Shown: piece by piece, positions 46,757-57,123 of the stretch | Layout: every line of letters begins with the position of its first letter | How positions within the stretch are numbered: position 1 is the first letter of the stretch | Virus record (IMG/VR): IMGVR_UViG_3300027863_001119 | Coordinates: 69,381-133,380 of that record | Length of the DNA: 64,000 nucleotides | Direction: 5' to 3' (one strand) | From: a virus | The notes under the pieces: model-generated | The model's database searches: none | What the model was told of the DNA's origin: nothing | Seen by the model: only the letters and a program-made list of their open reading frames with translations | Program-made: the position numbers and the translations under genes

Positions 46757-47044
46757 ATGGAAATTACTGGTAATGTAAATAAAGTATATTTGGATGATAT
46801 TAAGTTTGTTGATTTGAGTTATAAAGAGTCTTTATGTGTTGAAAGTTTAAAACCTTTTGAACAAGGAGAAGAAGTAATAGTTGTTGCTACTGGAATTTTT
46901 AAGAATAATTCTATAGAACTTAACGACGGTGTTTTTTTTGTAAAAAAAGAATTTATAGAAGATTTTGTTTTGAGGTTCAAACAGTCCTTAGAAGACTCAA
47001 CTTTACAATCTTCACTTGATCAAAAAGAGGGTAATTCTCAATGA
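46757..47044 (+). CDS. Hypothetical protein
   Basis: ORF with GAGG RBS. Confidence 0.65.
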   Translation: MEITGNVNKVYLDDIKFVDLSYKESLCVESLKPFEQGEEVIVVATGIFKNNSIELNDGVFFVKKEFIEDFVLRFKQSLEDSTLQSSLDQKEGNSQ

Positions 47045-47715
47045 ATTCAAAACTTGCTTGGAATAAAGTGACAGAAAATAGTGGTAAGTATGATCATTAT
47101 AAATTAAACAATTTGATTGCTTATGAAAAAAGATCAAAAGTTTTTAATAAAGACTATAGTATTTTTTGGTCTGGAAAAAGAGCACAAGAATCAAGATTTG
47201 AGACCTTAATAAAGATTGGAGACTTAAATAACAAAACAATTTTAGATGTAGGGTGCGGATGGGGAAGTTTCTTTTCTTTTTTGAAAGAAAAAAATATTAA
47301 CGTAAAGAAGTACCACGGAGTAGATATTAATGAAGAGGTTATAAAAAAAGCAAAAAATTTGTTTAATTTAGTTAAGAACGTTACTTTTGAAAAAAGAGAT
47401 ATTTTAATAGATCCATTACCTTCTCATTCTTTTGATTATGTTTTTGCGAGTGGTATTTTTGCATTTGATGGGGATGATTGGGAGGATTATGTTAGAGATA
47501 TGTTAAAAGAAATGTATCGTATTTGTACTTCTGGAGTAGGTGTTAACTTTTTAAAAAAGAATAATCATTATAATTATCCTACTTTAAGATATAATAATCC
47601 AAATGATGTTTATGAACTTGTTAAAAAAGAAATAACTTATAAAGTTGTTTTGAAAGACAATTATGCTATAGATGATTTTACTTTATTTTTGTATAAGTTT
47701 AAGGAGGATGAATGA
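47041..47715 (+). CDS. Class I SAM-dependent methyltransferase
   Basis: ILDVGCGWG, YHGVDI, FDYVFASGIF. Confidence 0.88.
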   Translation: MNSKLAWNKVTENSGKYDHYKLNNLIAYEKRSKVFNKDYSIFWSGKRAQESRFETLIKIGDLNNKTILDVGCGWGSFFSFLKEKNINVKKYHGVDINEEVIKKAKNLFNLVKNVTFEKRDILIDPLPSHSFDYVFASGIFAFDGDDWEDYVRDMLKEMYRICTSGVGVNFLKKNNHYNYPTLRYNNPNDVYELVKKEITYKVVLKDNYAIDDFTLFLYKFKEDE

Positions 47716-47969
47716 AGGATTTAAGATTTAATATAGTTGCTACAAGAAAAAGGTCTTATAAAGATATCTTTTTTGATTATGATAAAGAACGAGGACAACA
47801 GTTAAATATAAACGAGCCGGGGGAAGGAGAAGGAACTGCTTTGGATTCTTTAGACTTTAAGCAACCTTGGAATACTGATATGTTAAATCGTCCTTTTATA
47901 GATAAAAAAGATAAAGAAGAAGAGTCTTTAGATTCTACTAAAAGAGATGGGTTATCTTTATGGATATAA
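47712..47969 (+). CDS. Small acidic hypothetical protein
   Basis: AGGAGG RBS; ATGA overlap. Confidence 0.65.
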   Translation: MKDLRFNIVATRKRSYKDIFFDYDKERGQQLNINEPGEGEGTALDSLDFKQPWNTDMLNRPFIDKKDKEEESLDSTKRDGLSLWI

Positions 47970-48406
47970 TGAGTAAACTAAAATTTTCTTCACCAGAAAC
48001 ATATACTGATAAAAGTGATGTGGATCAACCATTTTACAAAGATCTTGTTATGTTTCATTGGGAGGATAAAGATTTACCTTTTCCAAAAGATGAGTATATA
48101 GGAGAAGACACTCAGGAGTATAAAAAAGATCCAAAAGTTTATCAAGAGTTAGATAGTTTGCCTCAACAAGCTTACACAGGTGTTACTTCTTCTAAATTGT
48201 GTTGGAGTAGTTTAGATAAAGAATCAGAAGAGTTTTATGATATTTCTCCGCTAAACGAATTGAATTTATATCCAAGTAAACAAAAAGATAATGAAGATTA
48301 TAAAAAAAGAAATACAAAAAATGATGAAGAAATGATTTTTGAGAAAGGATTACACCAAAATGTTGAAAGAGATGAATCTTTAAGAAGTGAAGTTCCATAT
48401 AAATAA
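47960..48406 (+). CDS. Acidic hypothetical protein
   Basis: ORF in operon. Confidence 0.65.
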   Translation: MDIMSKLKFSSPETYTDKSDVDQPFYKDLVMFHWEDKDLPFPKDEYIGEDTQEYKKDPKVYQELDSLPQQAYTGVTSSKLCWSSLDKESEEFYDISPLNELNLYPSKQKDNEDYKKRNTKNDEEMIFEKGLHQNVERDESLRSEVPYK

Positions 48407-48417
48407 AGGAGTAACGC

Positions 48418-49710
48418 ATGACACCACCGTTAGTATGTCCTTATTGTAATAATACTTCCTTCGTAAAACGGGGGTTTTCTGTTAATAAAAAACAAAGATA
48501 TTTTTGTAAAGTATGTGGAAAAACTTTTTCTATTAATGAAACTGACTTTCATCCGCCTTCTAGAAAATACTTAAAAGAGCTTGTTTCCGCTAATAAAGAT
48601 GTTGCGGAAATTACTTCTACTGTTAATGAGAGAGTTTTAAATGAACAAGATTTAATAAGAGTTTGTAACATCGACACAAGTATATGGGAAATAGAAAGAT
48701 GGGTTTGTAATAAGTGGGAAGTGGGTGTAAAAACTCCTAAAGATGGAGTTGAGATAAAACCTTTATATCAAGTAAAAGCATGGTTGCGACGAAAAAAAGA
48801 GGAAATACTTTTAAAAAATATTAAAGAAGAAATTAAAGACGAGATTAAAAAATTTTCTCCAAAATATCCAAAGATTTTTTATAAAAAACACAAAGAAAAG
48901 TATTTGCTTGAAATTGATATGCCTGATTTACATTTTGGAAAACTTGCGTGGAATGAAGAGAGTGGAGAAGATTATGATATCAAAATTGCAGAAGAAGTTG
49001 CTCTCGATTCATTAAGTTCTTTGATTAATCAAAGTTCCGTTTATACTATTGATAGAATACTATTTCCAGTAGGTAATGATTATTTTAATGTAAACAATAA
49101 ATTTAATACTACTGTTCATAATACTCTTCAACAAGAAGACACAAGATATCAAAAAACCTTTAAAAAAGGAAGGTTATTAGCTATAAGAATGATTGATATG
49201 TTATCTACAATTGCACCAGTAGACGTTGTTATAGTTCCTGGAAATCATGATGAAGAAAGAACTTTTTATTTAGGAGATTCTTTAGAATGTTGGTATCATA
49301 ACAATCCTAATGTAACAGTAGATAATAGAGCAGTGAAAAGGAAATATTACTTGTATGGCAAGAATTTGATAGGATTTACTCATGGATATTATGAAGATTT
49401 AAAAAAGTTGCCTTTGTTAATGTCTTTAGAACAACCCGAATGGTGGGCTATTACTAAGTTTAGAGAGTGGCAAACTGGAGATAAACATCATAAGAAAGAA
49501 ATTTTTACATATTTAAGAGAGGACGAATCTCAAGGTGTTATGGTAAGAGTATTACGAGCATTATCTGCTACTGATACTTGGCATTACGATAAAGGTTTTG
49601 TAGGAGCACAAAGAGCGGCAGAGGCTTTTGTAAGGCATTTTGAAAATGGATTAATTGCACAATTTTTATCAGTGGTGTCTTGTGAGAAATACACTACTAA
49701 AAAAGATTGA
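48418..49710 (+). CDS. Calcineurin-like metallophosphoesterase with N-terminal Zn ribbon
   Basis: CPYC...CKVC; DLHFGK, GND, PGNHD, THG, GDKHH. Confidence 0.82.
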   Translation: MTPPLVCPYCNNTSFVKRGFSVNKKQRYFCKVCGKTFSINETDFHPPSRKYLKELVSANKDVAEITSTVNERVLNEQDLIRVCNIDTSIWEIERWVCNKWEVGVKTPKDGVEIKPLYQVKAWLRRKKEEILLKNIKEEIKDEIKKFSPKYPKIFYKKHKEKYLLEIDMPDLHFGKLAWNEESGEDYDIKIAEEVALDSLSSLINQSSVYTIDRILFPVGNDYFNVNNKFNTTVHNTLQQEDTRYQKTFKKGRLLAIRMIDMLSTIAPVDVVIVPGNHDEERTFYLGDSLECWYHNNPNVTVDNRAVKRKYYLYGKNLIGFTHGYYEDLKKLPLLMSLEQPEWWAITKFREWQTGDKHHKKEIFTYLREDESQGVMVRVLRALSATDTWHYDKGFVGAQRAAEAFVRHFENGLIAQFLSVVSCEKYTTKKD

Positions 49711-49880
49711 GGAAATATTAAAAGTTTTAAATATTGATAGTATAGATAATTCTATAAAAAATGCTCTTTATTATATTCTTTATTCTGTATATGTATTAGG
49801 GTTTTCTAAATCTAAAAATTTTGATAGTAAAACTGATTAATATTTCTAAATATTAAATATAAGAAAAAAAGAGTTAACGT

Positions 49881-51776
49881 ATGGCATTTATTATCAAAGG
49901 AACAGAAGAAAATTTTAGAAGTGCATTGAGTCAAAGAAATTCTTCTATTACTTCTTTTTCTTTACCCAAACCATTAAAAGTTGCAGGGAATACTGATAAG
50001 ATTAAGAATTATGCTTTAATGCAAAAAGTAGGTTTTTTAGATACTTCTCGTACAGCACCTCTTTTTAATGATCCACGCTATACAAGCTCTACTTTAGCAA
50101 TTCCTACAGATGAAAGAAGCTTACATGGTTTATATAGGTTCTTTTCAGAAACAGATCCGATAGTTGGGGCATCTTTAAAAATTTTAACGGAATTACCTCT
50201 TTCGAGTCTTCGATTAGGTATATGTGAAGATAGTGGAGTTCAACAACATTATGAAGAAATGTGGGATAGAATAAACGCTTATAAGTTAATAACTGACTTA
50301 GTTATGGAGTATTATGAAATCGGTACTGTAGTATTATTTGGTGCATATAATGAAATTGATTATATGTGGGATCAGTTTGCTATTTTAAATCCTGATTATG
50401 TAAAAATTGAAAGTACGTGGATAAATGAAAACCCTTTAGTTAAGTTAATACCAGATGAAGCATTAAAAAGAATTGTTCAAACACAATCTCCACAGTTTTT
50501 ATATAAACAAATTCCCGAAGAAGTAAAGAAATATGTTTTTTTGAATAGAGAGATCCCATTAGATCCAAACAATACTTTTATTCTTACTCATGCGAAGAGA
50601 CCATATGAAACTAAAGGAAGGTCTATAATAAAAAGAATTTTAAAAGTTTTAATGTTAGAAGATAGACTTAATCAAGCTAATTTTGCATTAGCAACTCGAC
50701 ACGCAGTTCCTTTTACCGTTGCACATGTAGGAGATCCAAATCTTAATTGGTTACCTGATGAATCAGATTTAGAGGAAGTAAGAGATGCAATTGCAGCATT
50801 TGAATTAGACCCTAATTTTACTTATATAACACACCCTGGTTTTAGAATTGAATATTATGGTTCAAATGGTAGAGCTTTACCAGTAGGACCAGAGCTTGAC
50901 AGAATTTATAGATTAAAGTTCATAGGCTTAGGAGTTCACGAACAATTACTTGCAGGTCAAGGAGGATCTTATGGACAAGCTTATATTTCTTTAGAAGTAC
51001 AAAGACAAAGATTTCTTAATTTACAATTAAAGTTAGAGTATTTATTTCATAATGGTATATTTAAGCCTATTGCTGATATGTGTGGTTTTTATAGAGTCAA
51101 ACAAGTTTTTGCAGGATACGGAGGTGTAAAGAAAGTTAAGTATGGTAAAGAAGACAATTTTCTTAAAGAGATAAGAAAAGCTTTTAGTTATAAAGAGGAT
51201 TATAATAATCCTGATTTTAAAGAATTTTTGCTAAAGAAAACTGCAGAATATAATAAGAATAATCAGAGATATTCAAAAGAATATGTATTTCCAAAACTTG
51301 ATTTTGGTGCATTAAACGCATCTTATGATGAAAATATGAAAAATTACGTAAGGTGGATGTACGAAGAATTTCCTGAGTTGGTTGATTCTGGATTAATAGC
51401 AAGATTAGCCAAATTAGATAGGGATGATCAATTAAAAGCAAAAATTAATGATATTAAAAGAATGAAAGCGTTTTATCAAGAACTTCAGAAAGAGGGGTTA
51501 TTAGATTTTTATTTATCTAAAAATAAAGGTAAAGGAGGAGGGATGAATTTTGACGAAGTTAATTTCGGAGGGGGAGACTTGGTAGGATTGACAGGAGAAG
51601 AACCACCTATTCCTGCAGGAACAGAAGGTCCTCCAGAAACAGCAGAAGGTACAGAACCACCACCTGCTCCCGAAGGAATCGCAGAGAGTATGGAAGAACC
51701 TATTAAAAGATTAGTTTTTTCAGACGATATGACTTTAATTAAAGAAAATAAAGTATTAAAAAAGAAAAAAATATAA
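49881..51776 (+). CDS. Portal protein
   Basis: F..TDPIV, EYY..G, LNPDYV, GRSII...L.L.D.L; Gly/Pro/acidic tail; position between terminase and protease. Confidence 0.8.
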   Translation: MAFIIKGTEENFRSALSQRNSSITSFSLPKPLKVAGNTDKIKNYALMQKVGFLDTSRTAPLFNDPRYTSSTLAIPTDERSLHGLYRFFSETDPIVGASLKILTELPLSSLRLGICEDSGVQQHYEEMWDRINAYKLITDLVMEYYEIGTVVLFGAYNEIDYMWDQFAILNPDYVKIESTWINENPLVKLIPDEALKRIVQTQSPQFLYKQIPEEVKKYVFLNREIPLDPNNTFILTHAKRPYETKGRSIIKRILKVLMLEDRLNQANFALATRHAVPFTVAHVGDPNLNWLPDESDLEEVRDAIAAFELDPNFTYITHPGFRIEYYGSNGRALPVGPELDRIYRLKFIGLGVHEQLLAGQGGSYGQAYISLEVQRQRFLNLQLKLEYLFHNGIFKPIADMCGFYRVKQVFAGYGGVKKVKYGKEDNFLKEIRKAFSYKEDYNNPDFKEFLLKKTAEYNKNNQRYSKEYVFPKLDFGALNASYDENMKNYVRWMYEEFPELVDSGLIARLAKLDRDDQLKAKINDIKRMKAFYQELQKEGLLDFYLSKNKGKGGGMNFDEVNFGGGDLVGLTGEEPPIPAGTEGPPETAEGTEPPPAPEGIAESMEEPIKRLVFSDDMTLIKENKVLKKKKI

Positions 51777-51791
51777 AAAAGAGAGGTAGAT

Positions 51792-53285
51792 ATGAAATCA
51801 ATTAACAAGGTTTCAAAAAAGAAAAATGGATATCAAATAAATGAGTCCTCAATACTTGTAGATGGGGAGTCTCTTGAAAATATTTTAAAAGAGGCCGGCG
51901 TTAAAGACACTCCTCAATGGTTTAATTGCTTAAACAAGGTTGGGGTAAATTTCTTTAAAGACAATTATTTAGATTTTTTAAAAGAGGATTTATCAGAAAA
52001 CGCTAAAAAAATTAAAATAAGTTGGAAAGAAGCTCTCATAAAAAATATCGAAAGTGAACCTGCAGAAGAGCCTCCCGAAACTATTACTATTGATCCAGAT
52101 GAAGAACCAGTAGAAATACCAACAAAAGAAGTTCCACAAACTCCTGAAAAGGTTAATCCATTTAAAAAACCAAATATTAAGCCCGGTACTGAACCTCAAC
52201 CTAAAGCTAACGTAAAAGAAGCACTTAAAAAAAAAGCCGCACTAAAGATTCATCCTCATATAGCAGAAAAGATCGATAAAAATGATACTCCATATCATTC
52301 TATACCTTCTATACCAAGTGGAACATTTTTAAAAGATATAGCGTCTTCAAGATTTCAATACTTACTAAAATTATTAGAAAGATATTCTCATATAAGAGTT
52401 CGTACTGTTTCTGATATTGCACAAGGGATGATGATCTTATTACAAGATATACAACAAACAGAATCAGAATATATTCCAGCTTTAGAAGATTTAGCTATAT
52501 CTATTGTAAAAGACCTATATGGGATAGAAGATGAAATAGAGTTTGATGCAAAAATTGAAAGGGTTGTAAATAATGATAGTACAGGAAGTAAAATCAAGAA
52601 CCTAAGCTCTCCGGAAGTTGACGTAGAAGAACAATTAACAACTAATATAGATCTTAGTTTAGAATCTGCTAAAAGAAGATTTATAAATGGATTAATACAA
52701 GGAGCTGCTATAAATAGTTTACATGCATTTCATCTTGTAAAAAGAATGTTAGATCATATAGATCCTTCATTAATAGATAAATATGCGTTGTTTTCAATAT
52801 TTACAGAATTAGGTTATTGGGTAGCCCCGCCGTTAGTATTGCCACCTAATAGCGAAGTTGAGGGTGGTATTCCTGCTCCTGTTGGTGGTATGGTAAGAGT
52901 TGATCTTTCTGGAGAAGTACCAAAAATAATTGCAAGAGCTGTGAATTTTCCTATTTTAGTACAAGAGTTAGTAAAAGGAGTAATGGAGTTAATATCAATG
53001 CATGGATTACCAGAAGATGAGAAATTAAGAAATGAGGTGCTTTCTCAAGCAGATTCTTTAGAAGATGAATCTTGGGATATTAGGTTTGGACCTGAAATTT
53101 GGAAAAAAATCTTAACATTAATAGATGGAGAAATTAATAATAGAGCTCTTTCGATTCTCTATTATAAGCTTGTTCAAATGCCATCTCCTGAATTTCACGA
53201 TTTTATTAATAGGTTGTTGAAAAATGATAAAAACGCAATAGAAAGTTTAAACAATATGTATAGAGAATCTTTACAACAAATTTAA
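51792..53285 (+). CDS. Hypothetical virion-associated protein
   Basis: Pro/Glu linker followed by a helical domain (KRRFINGLIQG, IARAVNFPILVQELVKG). Confidence 0.7.
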   Translation: MKSINKVSKKKNGYQINESSILVDGESLENILKEAGVKDTPQWFNCLNKVGVNFFKDNYLDFLKEDLSENAKKIKISWKEALIKNIESEPAEEPPETITIDPDEEPVEIPTKEVPQTPEKVNPFKKPNIKPGTEPQPKANVKEALKKKAALKIHPHIAEKIDKNDTPYHSIPSIPSGTFLKDIASSRFQYLLKLLERYSHIRVRTVSDIAQGMMILLQDIQQTESEYIPALEDLAISIVKDLYGIEDEIEFDAKIERVVNNDSTGSKIKNLSSPEVDVEEQLTTNIDLSLESAKRRFINGLIQGAAINSLHAFHLVKRMLDHIDPSLIDKYALFSIFTELGYWVAPPLVLPPNSEVEGGIPAPVGGMVRVDLSGEVPKIIARAVNFPILVQELVKGVMELISMHGLPEDEKLRNEVLSQADSLEDESWDIRFGPEIWKKILTLIDGEINNRALSILYYKLVQMPSPEFHDFINRLLKNDKNAIESLNNMYRESLQQI

Positions 53286-53297
53286 AAAGGTGAAAAA

Positions 53298-54323
53298 ATG
53301 TTAGTAAAAAGATCTTTTTTACAAATGGTTTTTCCTTCGAATGATTTATCTAAAATAGCTGTGAAGGAAAAGAGGGTCGTTCCTCTAAATACAAAAGATT
53401 ATAGGTATTTAAGGTTTAGAGCAATTGGGAACTTAGAGGTTGATAAACCAAAAGGAGGGTTTAATTCTAATTGGGACGGATTTCCTTATAAGTATTTTGA
53501 AGATGATGAACCAGGTTATGGATACAAGTCATTCATAGGGAAAAGAGCTCATTATGAACATAATAGTAAATTAGGTGACAAAGGCGCAATTGGAGAATTA
53601 ATAGATGCGTATCTTAATCGTTTTATTTACCCTGATGGTGTTGGTAGATGGAGTGATTTAGACGGAAAGGATAATGCAGAAAAGAGACTTAAGATTCTTA
53701 GTATTCCAAATCAGAAAGATGGTTCTATAGAAGTATTAATGAAGATAGATACAACATTATTAGGAAAGAAGATTTTGGAACCAGAAGTAGAAAGAGCGTT
53801 AGAACGCATTATAAAAATGATTGATACAGGACAAAAACTATTTTGTTCTATGGGAACGAACGTAGAGTATAGCATATGTAGTGTTTGTGGTAACAAAGCT
53901 AGGTTTGCATCAGACTATTGTGATCATATGAAACCAATTCGTAAAGGTGCTATAACAGTTGTATCTGCTAATAATATAAGAGATTTGTTAGATAAAGACT
54001 TATTAAGACCTGAGTGGTTAAAACATGTAGTTGTATCCAAAAAAGATGTTGATGAAGTGTTAAATGGGATTTCTAATAAAGGGGTTGCAGTAAGAAATGG
54101 AGAAATAAATCATAAACTTTCATTTTTTGAACTTTCTATTGTTAAGTCTCCAGCATATGAAGTAGCTAAAGCTTTAGAGAAAATAAGTTCTCAAAATGAT
54201 ATGGAATATAAAGATTATTTGAGATATGTAAGGAATATGATAGGGGATGATGTTTTATTAGATATTTATTCTTTATTACAAGAAGAAGGTATTGTAAGTA
54301 AAGGATGTGAAGTGAAATGGTAA
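53298..54323 (+). CDS. Prohead (capsid maturation) protease
   Basis: N.NWDGF, SFIGK..HYEH, CSMG..VEYSICSVCG...CDH, FFELSIV..PA; position before scaffold and capsid. Confidence 0.75.
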   Translation: MLVKRSFLQMVFPSNDLSKIAVKEKRVVPLNTKDYRYLRFRAIGNLEVDKPKGGFNSNWDGFPYKYFEDDEPGYGYKSFIGKRAHYEHNSKLGDKGAIGELIDAYLNRFIYPDGVGRWSDLDGKDNAEKRLKILSIPNQKDGSIEVLMKIDTTLLGKKILEPEVERALERIIKMIDTGQKLFCSMGTNVEYSICSVCGNKARFASDYCDHMKPIRKGAITVVSANNIRDLLDKDLLRPEWLKHVVVSKKDVDEVLNGISNKGVAVRNGEINHKLSFFELSIVKSPAYEVAKALEKISSQNDMEYKDYLRYVRNMIGDDVLLDIYSLLQEEGIVSKGCEVKW

Positions 54324-54760
54324 TGGACAAAGGAAAATTTTATTTATAAAACACCTTTTGTATAAAGTAAAAAGAAGAATTTATGTTAAGTAAATTAAGT
54401 TTTAACAACATGCTTATTCTTTATAAACTTAATGAGGTTGAAAGAAACAGAGAATTTCATTACTTCTCTAACAAGAAATCACCGACGGTGACTTAGATTT
54501 AAATATATAAGAAAAGGTTTAAACTTATATTACACATCTTTATTAAAACTTCTAGTGTTTTTTATAACAAATCTTTCTTTTGACAAATCTTTTTTTTTAA
54601 CAGTATTTAGAAAAAAAAATTATATTTACAAAAACTTTTTATTTTATTACTTTAGTTAAGAGATTAGAAAATTTAAGTTTTTTGTATATCTTATTTTAGT
54701 TACTAACTATTAATTGTTAGATTTATAAAAGTTTGCAAACAAAAAAAAAGGAGCTTAAAA

Positions 54761-56500
54761 ATGATGACAACAAGTAAAATTAAAGAAAGTCTTATTGATA
54801 TGATAAAAGACTTGAAGCTTTCGAAGAAGGCAGCTGAGGAGTTTTTAGAAGACCTCGAAGAGATAAAGCCAAAAGATATTAAGCTCGATAACGAAATGGA
54901 AACAGAACCAACTGAGAAAAAAGTTTTAGAAAAATCTAAATTTAAATTAGAAGAACCTGAAGAAGAACCAGAAGAAGAACTTGAAGAAGAACCAGAAGAA
55001 GAAGTAAAAATCGAAACTACAGAAGATGCTAAAAAAGTTTTAGACGAAGCTAAAGAAGATATTCAAGATGTTATAGAAAATCTCGATTCTTTAGTTAATC
55101 AAGCAGAAGAAGAAGTTGAAAAGGTTTCTTATAAACGTATTAGTAATAAGTTTGCTTCTAATGTTAAGAATTTAAGTTCTGCTGCATATAATGCTATATT
55201 AGAAGCAAATAGTGCATTAAAACATTGGGCATTTATTAAGAAGAGAGTTAAAAAAGATTCTGTAGATGAAGATGAAATTACTCATCCAGAGTTAAAACAA
55301 GTTGCTAATACTCTTAAGCAAATGACGCTACTTGATAAAATTTTAGCAAAAGCAGGATATGTTAAAAAGAGTTCTCTTGAGAGAGAAGGAACTGCAGTTC
55401 CACCGACAGGAGCTAAATTTACAGGAGATAAATGGCCTGAAGGAAAAAATCCTGCAGAAATAGAATTAAGACATTGGCAAGCAGGTGCAAAAGAATTTGA
55501 CAAAGATAAAGAAAAAGAAGATAAGATGCAGAACCCAGCATCTGATCCTAGATTGAAAGATGAAGGAAATCCACACGATGAAAAACCTTTTGTAAATGCA
55601 TCTTATAATCCAGTTGGTCAATATTATGATATTTATGATTCTAGAGAAGGGAGAGCAATTAGATATACTTTTGCAAATGCACCAGATCATTTAGGAGCAA
55701 AAGATGAAAAAGGTCTGAGAAACTTTGCAAGTAAAGCATATGCTAATTTAATTTGTGAAGCAGTTATAGAAGATGGATTAGAAGCTGTAAGAAAAGAAGT
55801 TAATGGACAATATCTTAATCCTACCCTTTCTAAAGAAGCTGCTAATTCTAATGGTGTAAAAAAATATTATGAAGATGCATATGGAGATAAAGAATATGCA
55901 TCACAATTGACAAAGAAAAGAAAAGTAGAAAAAGAAAATATAGATTATAAACCAGAAAAGAATTCTGTTACTGAAGGAGAAGAGTTTGGAAAAGCTAAAG
56001 ATGGTACAGGAAAAATTAGTTCTACTAGAGAAGAGTTATTAGCAAAAGCAAGAAGAGGTGTTGAATTAGCAAGGTTAGCAGCTGCTGGCGGATTAATCGA
56101 ATGGAATAAGGAAGCAGTTAAGAAATATGCTAAAGAAATAATGAGTAAGAGCGAAGAAACTATTGAATTTACAGAAAAGATGTTAAATGAATTACCATTA
56201 GTAAATGAAGCTGCATTAAAAGAAGCTACTATACCAGATGCAGATTCTGGAATAGTTGGAAATACATTATCTGGAGTGAGAGATCCTAACGCTAAATCAA
56301 AAACAGAAGGGATTGACAAAAGCTTAGAATCAGATGCAGAAATTACAAAATCTGCAAGTTTTGTACCTCAAGTGGCTATAAGTACACCATCTAGTTTACA
56401 ATTATCTGATATGTTTACTACGGTAGAGAAAAAGTTAAAGAATAAAGGAGTTGATCCTTCTCAAGTAAGATTAAGAGTTGCAAGATATAAAAAATCGTGA
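54761..56500 (+). CDS. Probable capsid scaffold/core protein
   Basis: Highly charged helical protein between protease and decoration/capsid genes. Confidence 0.6.
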   Translation: MMTTSKIKESLIDMIKDLKLSKKAAEEFLEDLEEIKPKDIKLDNEMETEPTEKKVLEKSKFKLEEPEEEPEEELEEEPEEEVKIETTEDAKKVLDEAKEDIQDVIENLDSLVNQAEEEVEKVSYKRISNKFASNVKNLSSAAYNAILEANSALKHWAFIKKRVKKDSVDEDEITHPELKQVANTLKQMTLLDKILAKAGYVKKSSLEREGTAVPPTGAKFTGDKWPEGKNPAEIELRHWQAGAKEFDKDKEKEDKMQNPASDPRLKDEGNPHDEKPFVNASYNPVGQYYDIYDSREGRAIRYTFANAPDHLGAKDEKGLRNFASKAYANLICEAVIEDGLEAVRKEVNGQYLNPTLSKEAANSNGVKKYYEDAYGDKEYASQLTKKRKVEKENIDYKPEKNSVTEGEEFGKAKDGTGKISSTREELLAKARRGVELARLAAAGGLIEWNKEAVKKYAKEIMSKSEETIEFTEKMLNELPLVNEAALKEATIPDADSGIVGNTLSGVRDPNAKSKTEGIDKSLESDAEITKSASFVPQVAISTPSSLQLSDMFTTVEKKLKNKGVDPSQVRLRVARYKKS

Positions 56501-56546
56501 TTAAGTCGTTTTATTGTAAAAAAATTAAAAAAAGGAGTTAAATAAT

Positions 56547-56990
56547 ATGTCTAAAGTAATAATCTATCACGCATTTGCTAAAGATACTTTCCCTGTATCC
56601 ACTACCGTATTAAATAGTGGATGGATGCCAGGACAACTAGGAACACTTAATAGCGCTGGGACTTCTATTAAGATTGCATCTACAGATGAAACAATGTTCT
56701 TATTAGCAGATAGTCCTAGTGAACTTAATTCTCCTCCTACAGGGTCTTTAGTTACTTGTATTTATGGGGCTGGTACTAAAGTTATTATTGATCATAGTCA
56801 AGAAGTTCAAACAAATTCAAGTAATAGAGCATATGAGTCTGATGTTGAAAATGCTTTGCCAGGTCAAAGTTTGTATGTTAGTGGGAATGGCAAGTTTACA
56901 ACTGTTGTAACAGGATCGGTTTATGGTAAAGTTTTCCAAGTTCCATCTGCTACTAACAACTATGGACTTGGAGTAATTTTAAGATTTTAG
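56547..56990 (+). CDS. Probable capsid decoration/stabilising protein
   Basis: Small Gly/Ser/Thr-rich beta protein directly before the major capsid gene. Confidence 0.65.
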   Translation: MSKVIIYHAFAKDTFPVSTTVLNSGWMPGQLGTLNSAGTSIKIASTDETMFLLADSPSELNSPPTGSLVTCIYGAGTKVIIDHSQEVQTNSSNRAYESDVENALPGQSLYVSGNGKFTTVVTGSVYGKVFQVPSATNNYGLGVILRF

Positions 56991-57004
56991 CAGTTGTTTT
57001 TAAG

Positions 57005-57096
57005 AAGGGCCATTACCAATGGCCCTTAGATTTAAAGTTTTGAAAATTTTTATTATAAGGCATTGCCTTATAATTCTTACGAATTAAAAAATTCGT
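57005..57096 (+). promoter_or_regulatory. Three consecutive inverted repeats in the capsid-gene leader
   Basis: AAGGGCCATT-ACC-AATGGCCCTT (57005-57027), ATTATAAGGCA-T-TGCCTTATAAT (57052-57074), ACGAATT-AAAA-AATTCGT (57079-57096). Confidence 0.7.
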
Positions 57097-57123
57097 TCAA
57101 CAAAAAAAAGGAGTAAGTAAAAA

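Noticed and set aside
48418-48540. IS1 InsA-like zinc ribbon suggesting an insertion sequence
   Set aside because: Fused in frame to a phosphoesterase; no DDE transposase or terminal inverted repeats seen.
49655-49840. 61-aa ORF before the portal gene
   Set aside because: Overlaps the upstream gene and has no clear start or RBS; a small real gene cannot be excluded.
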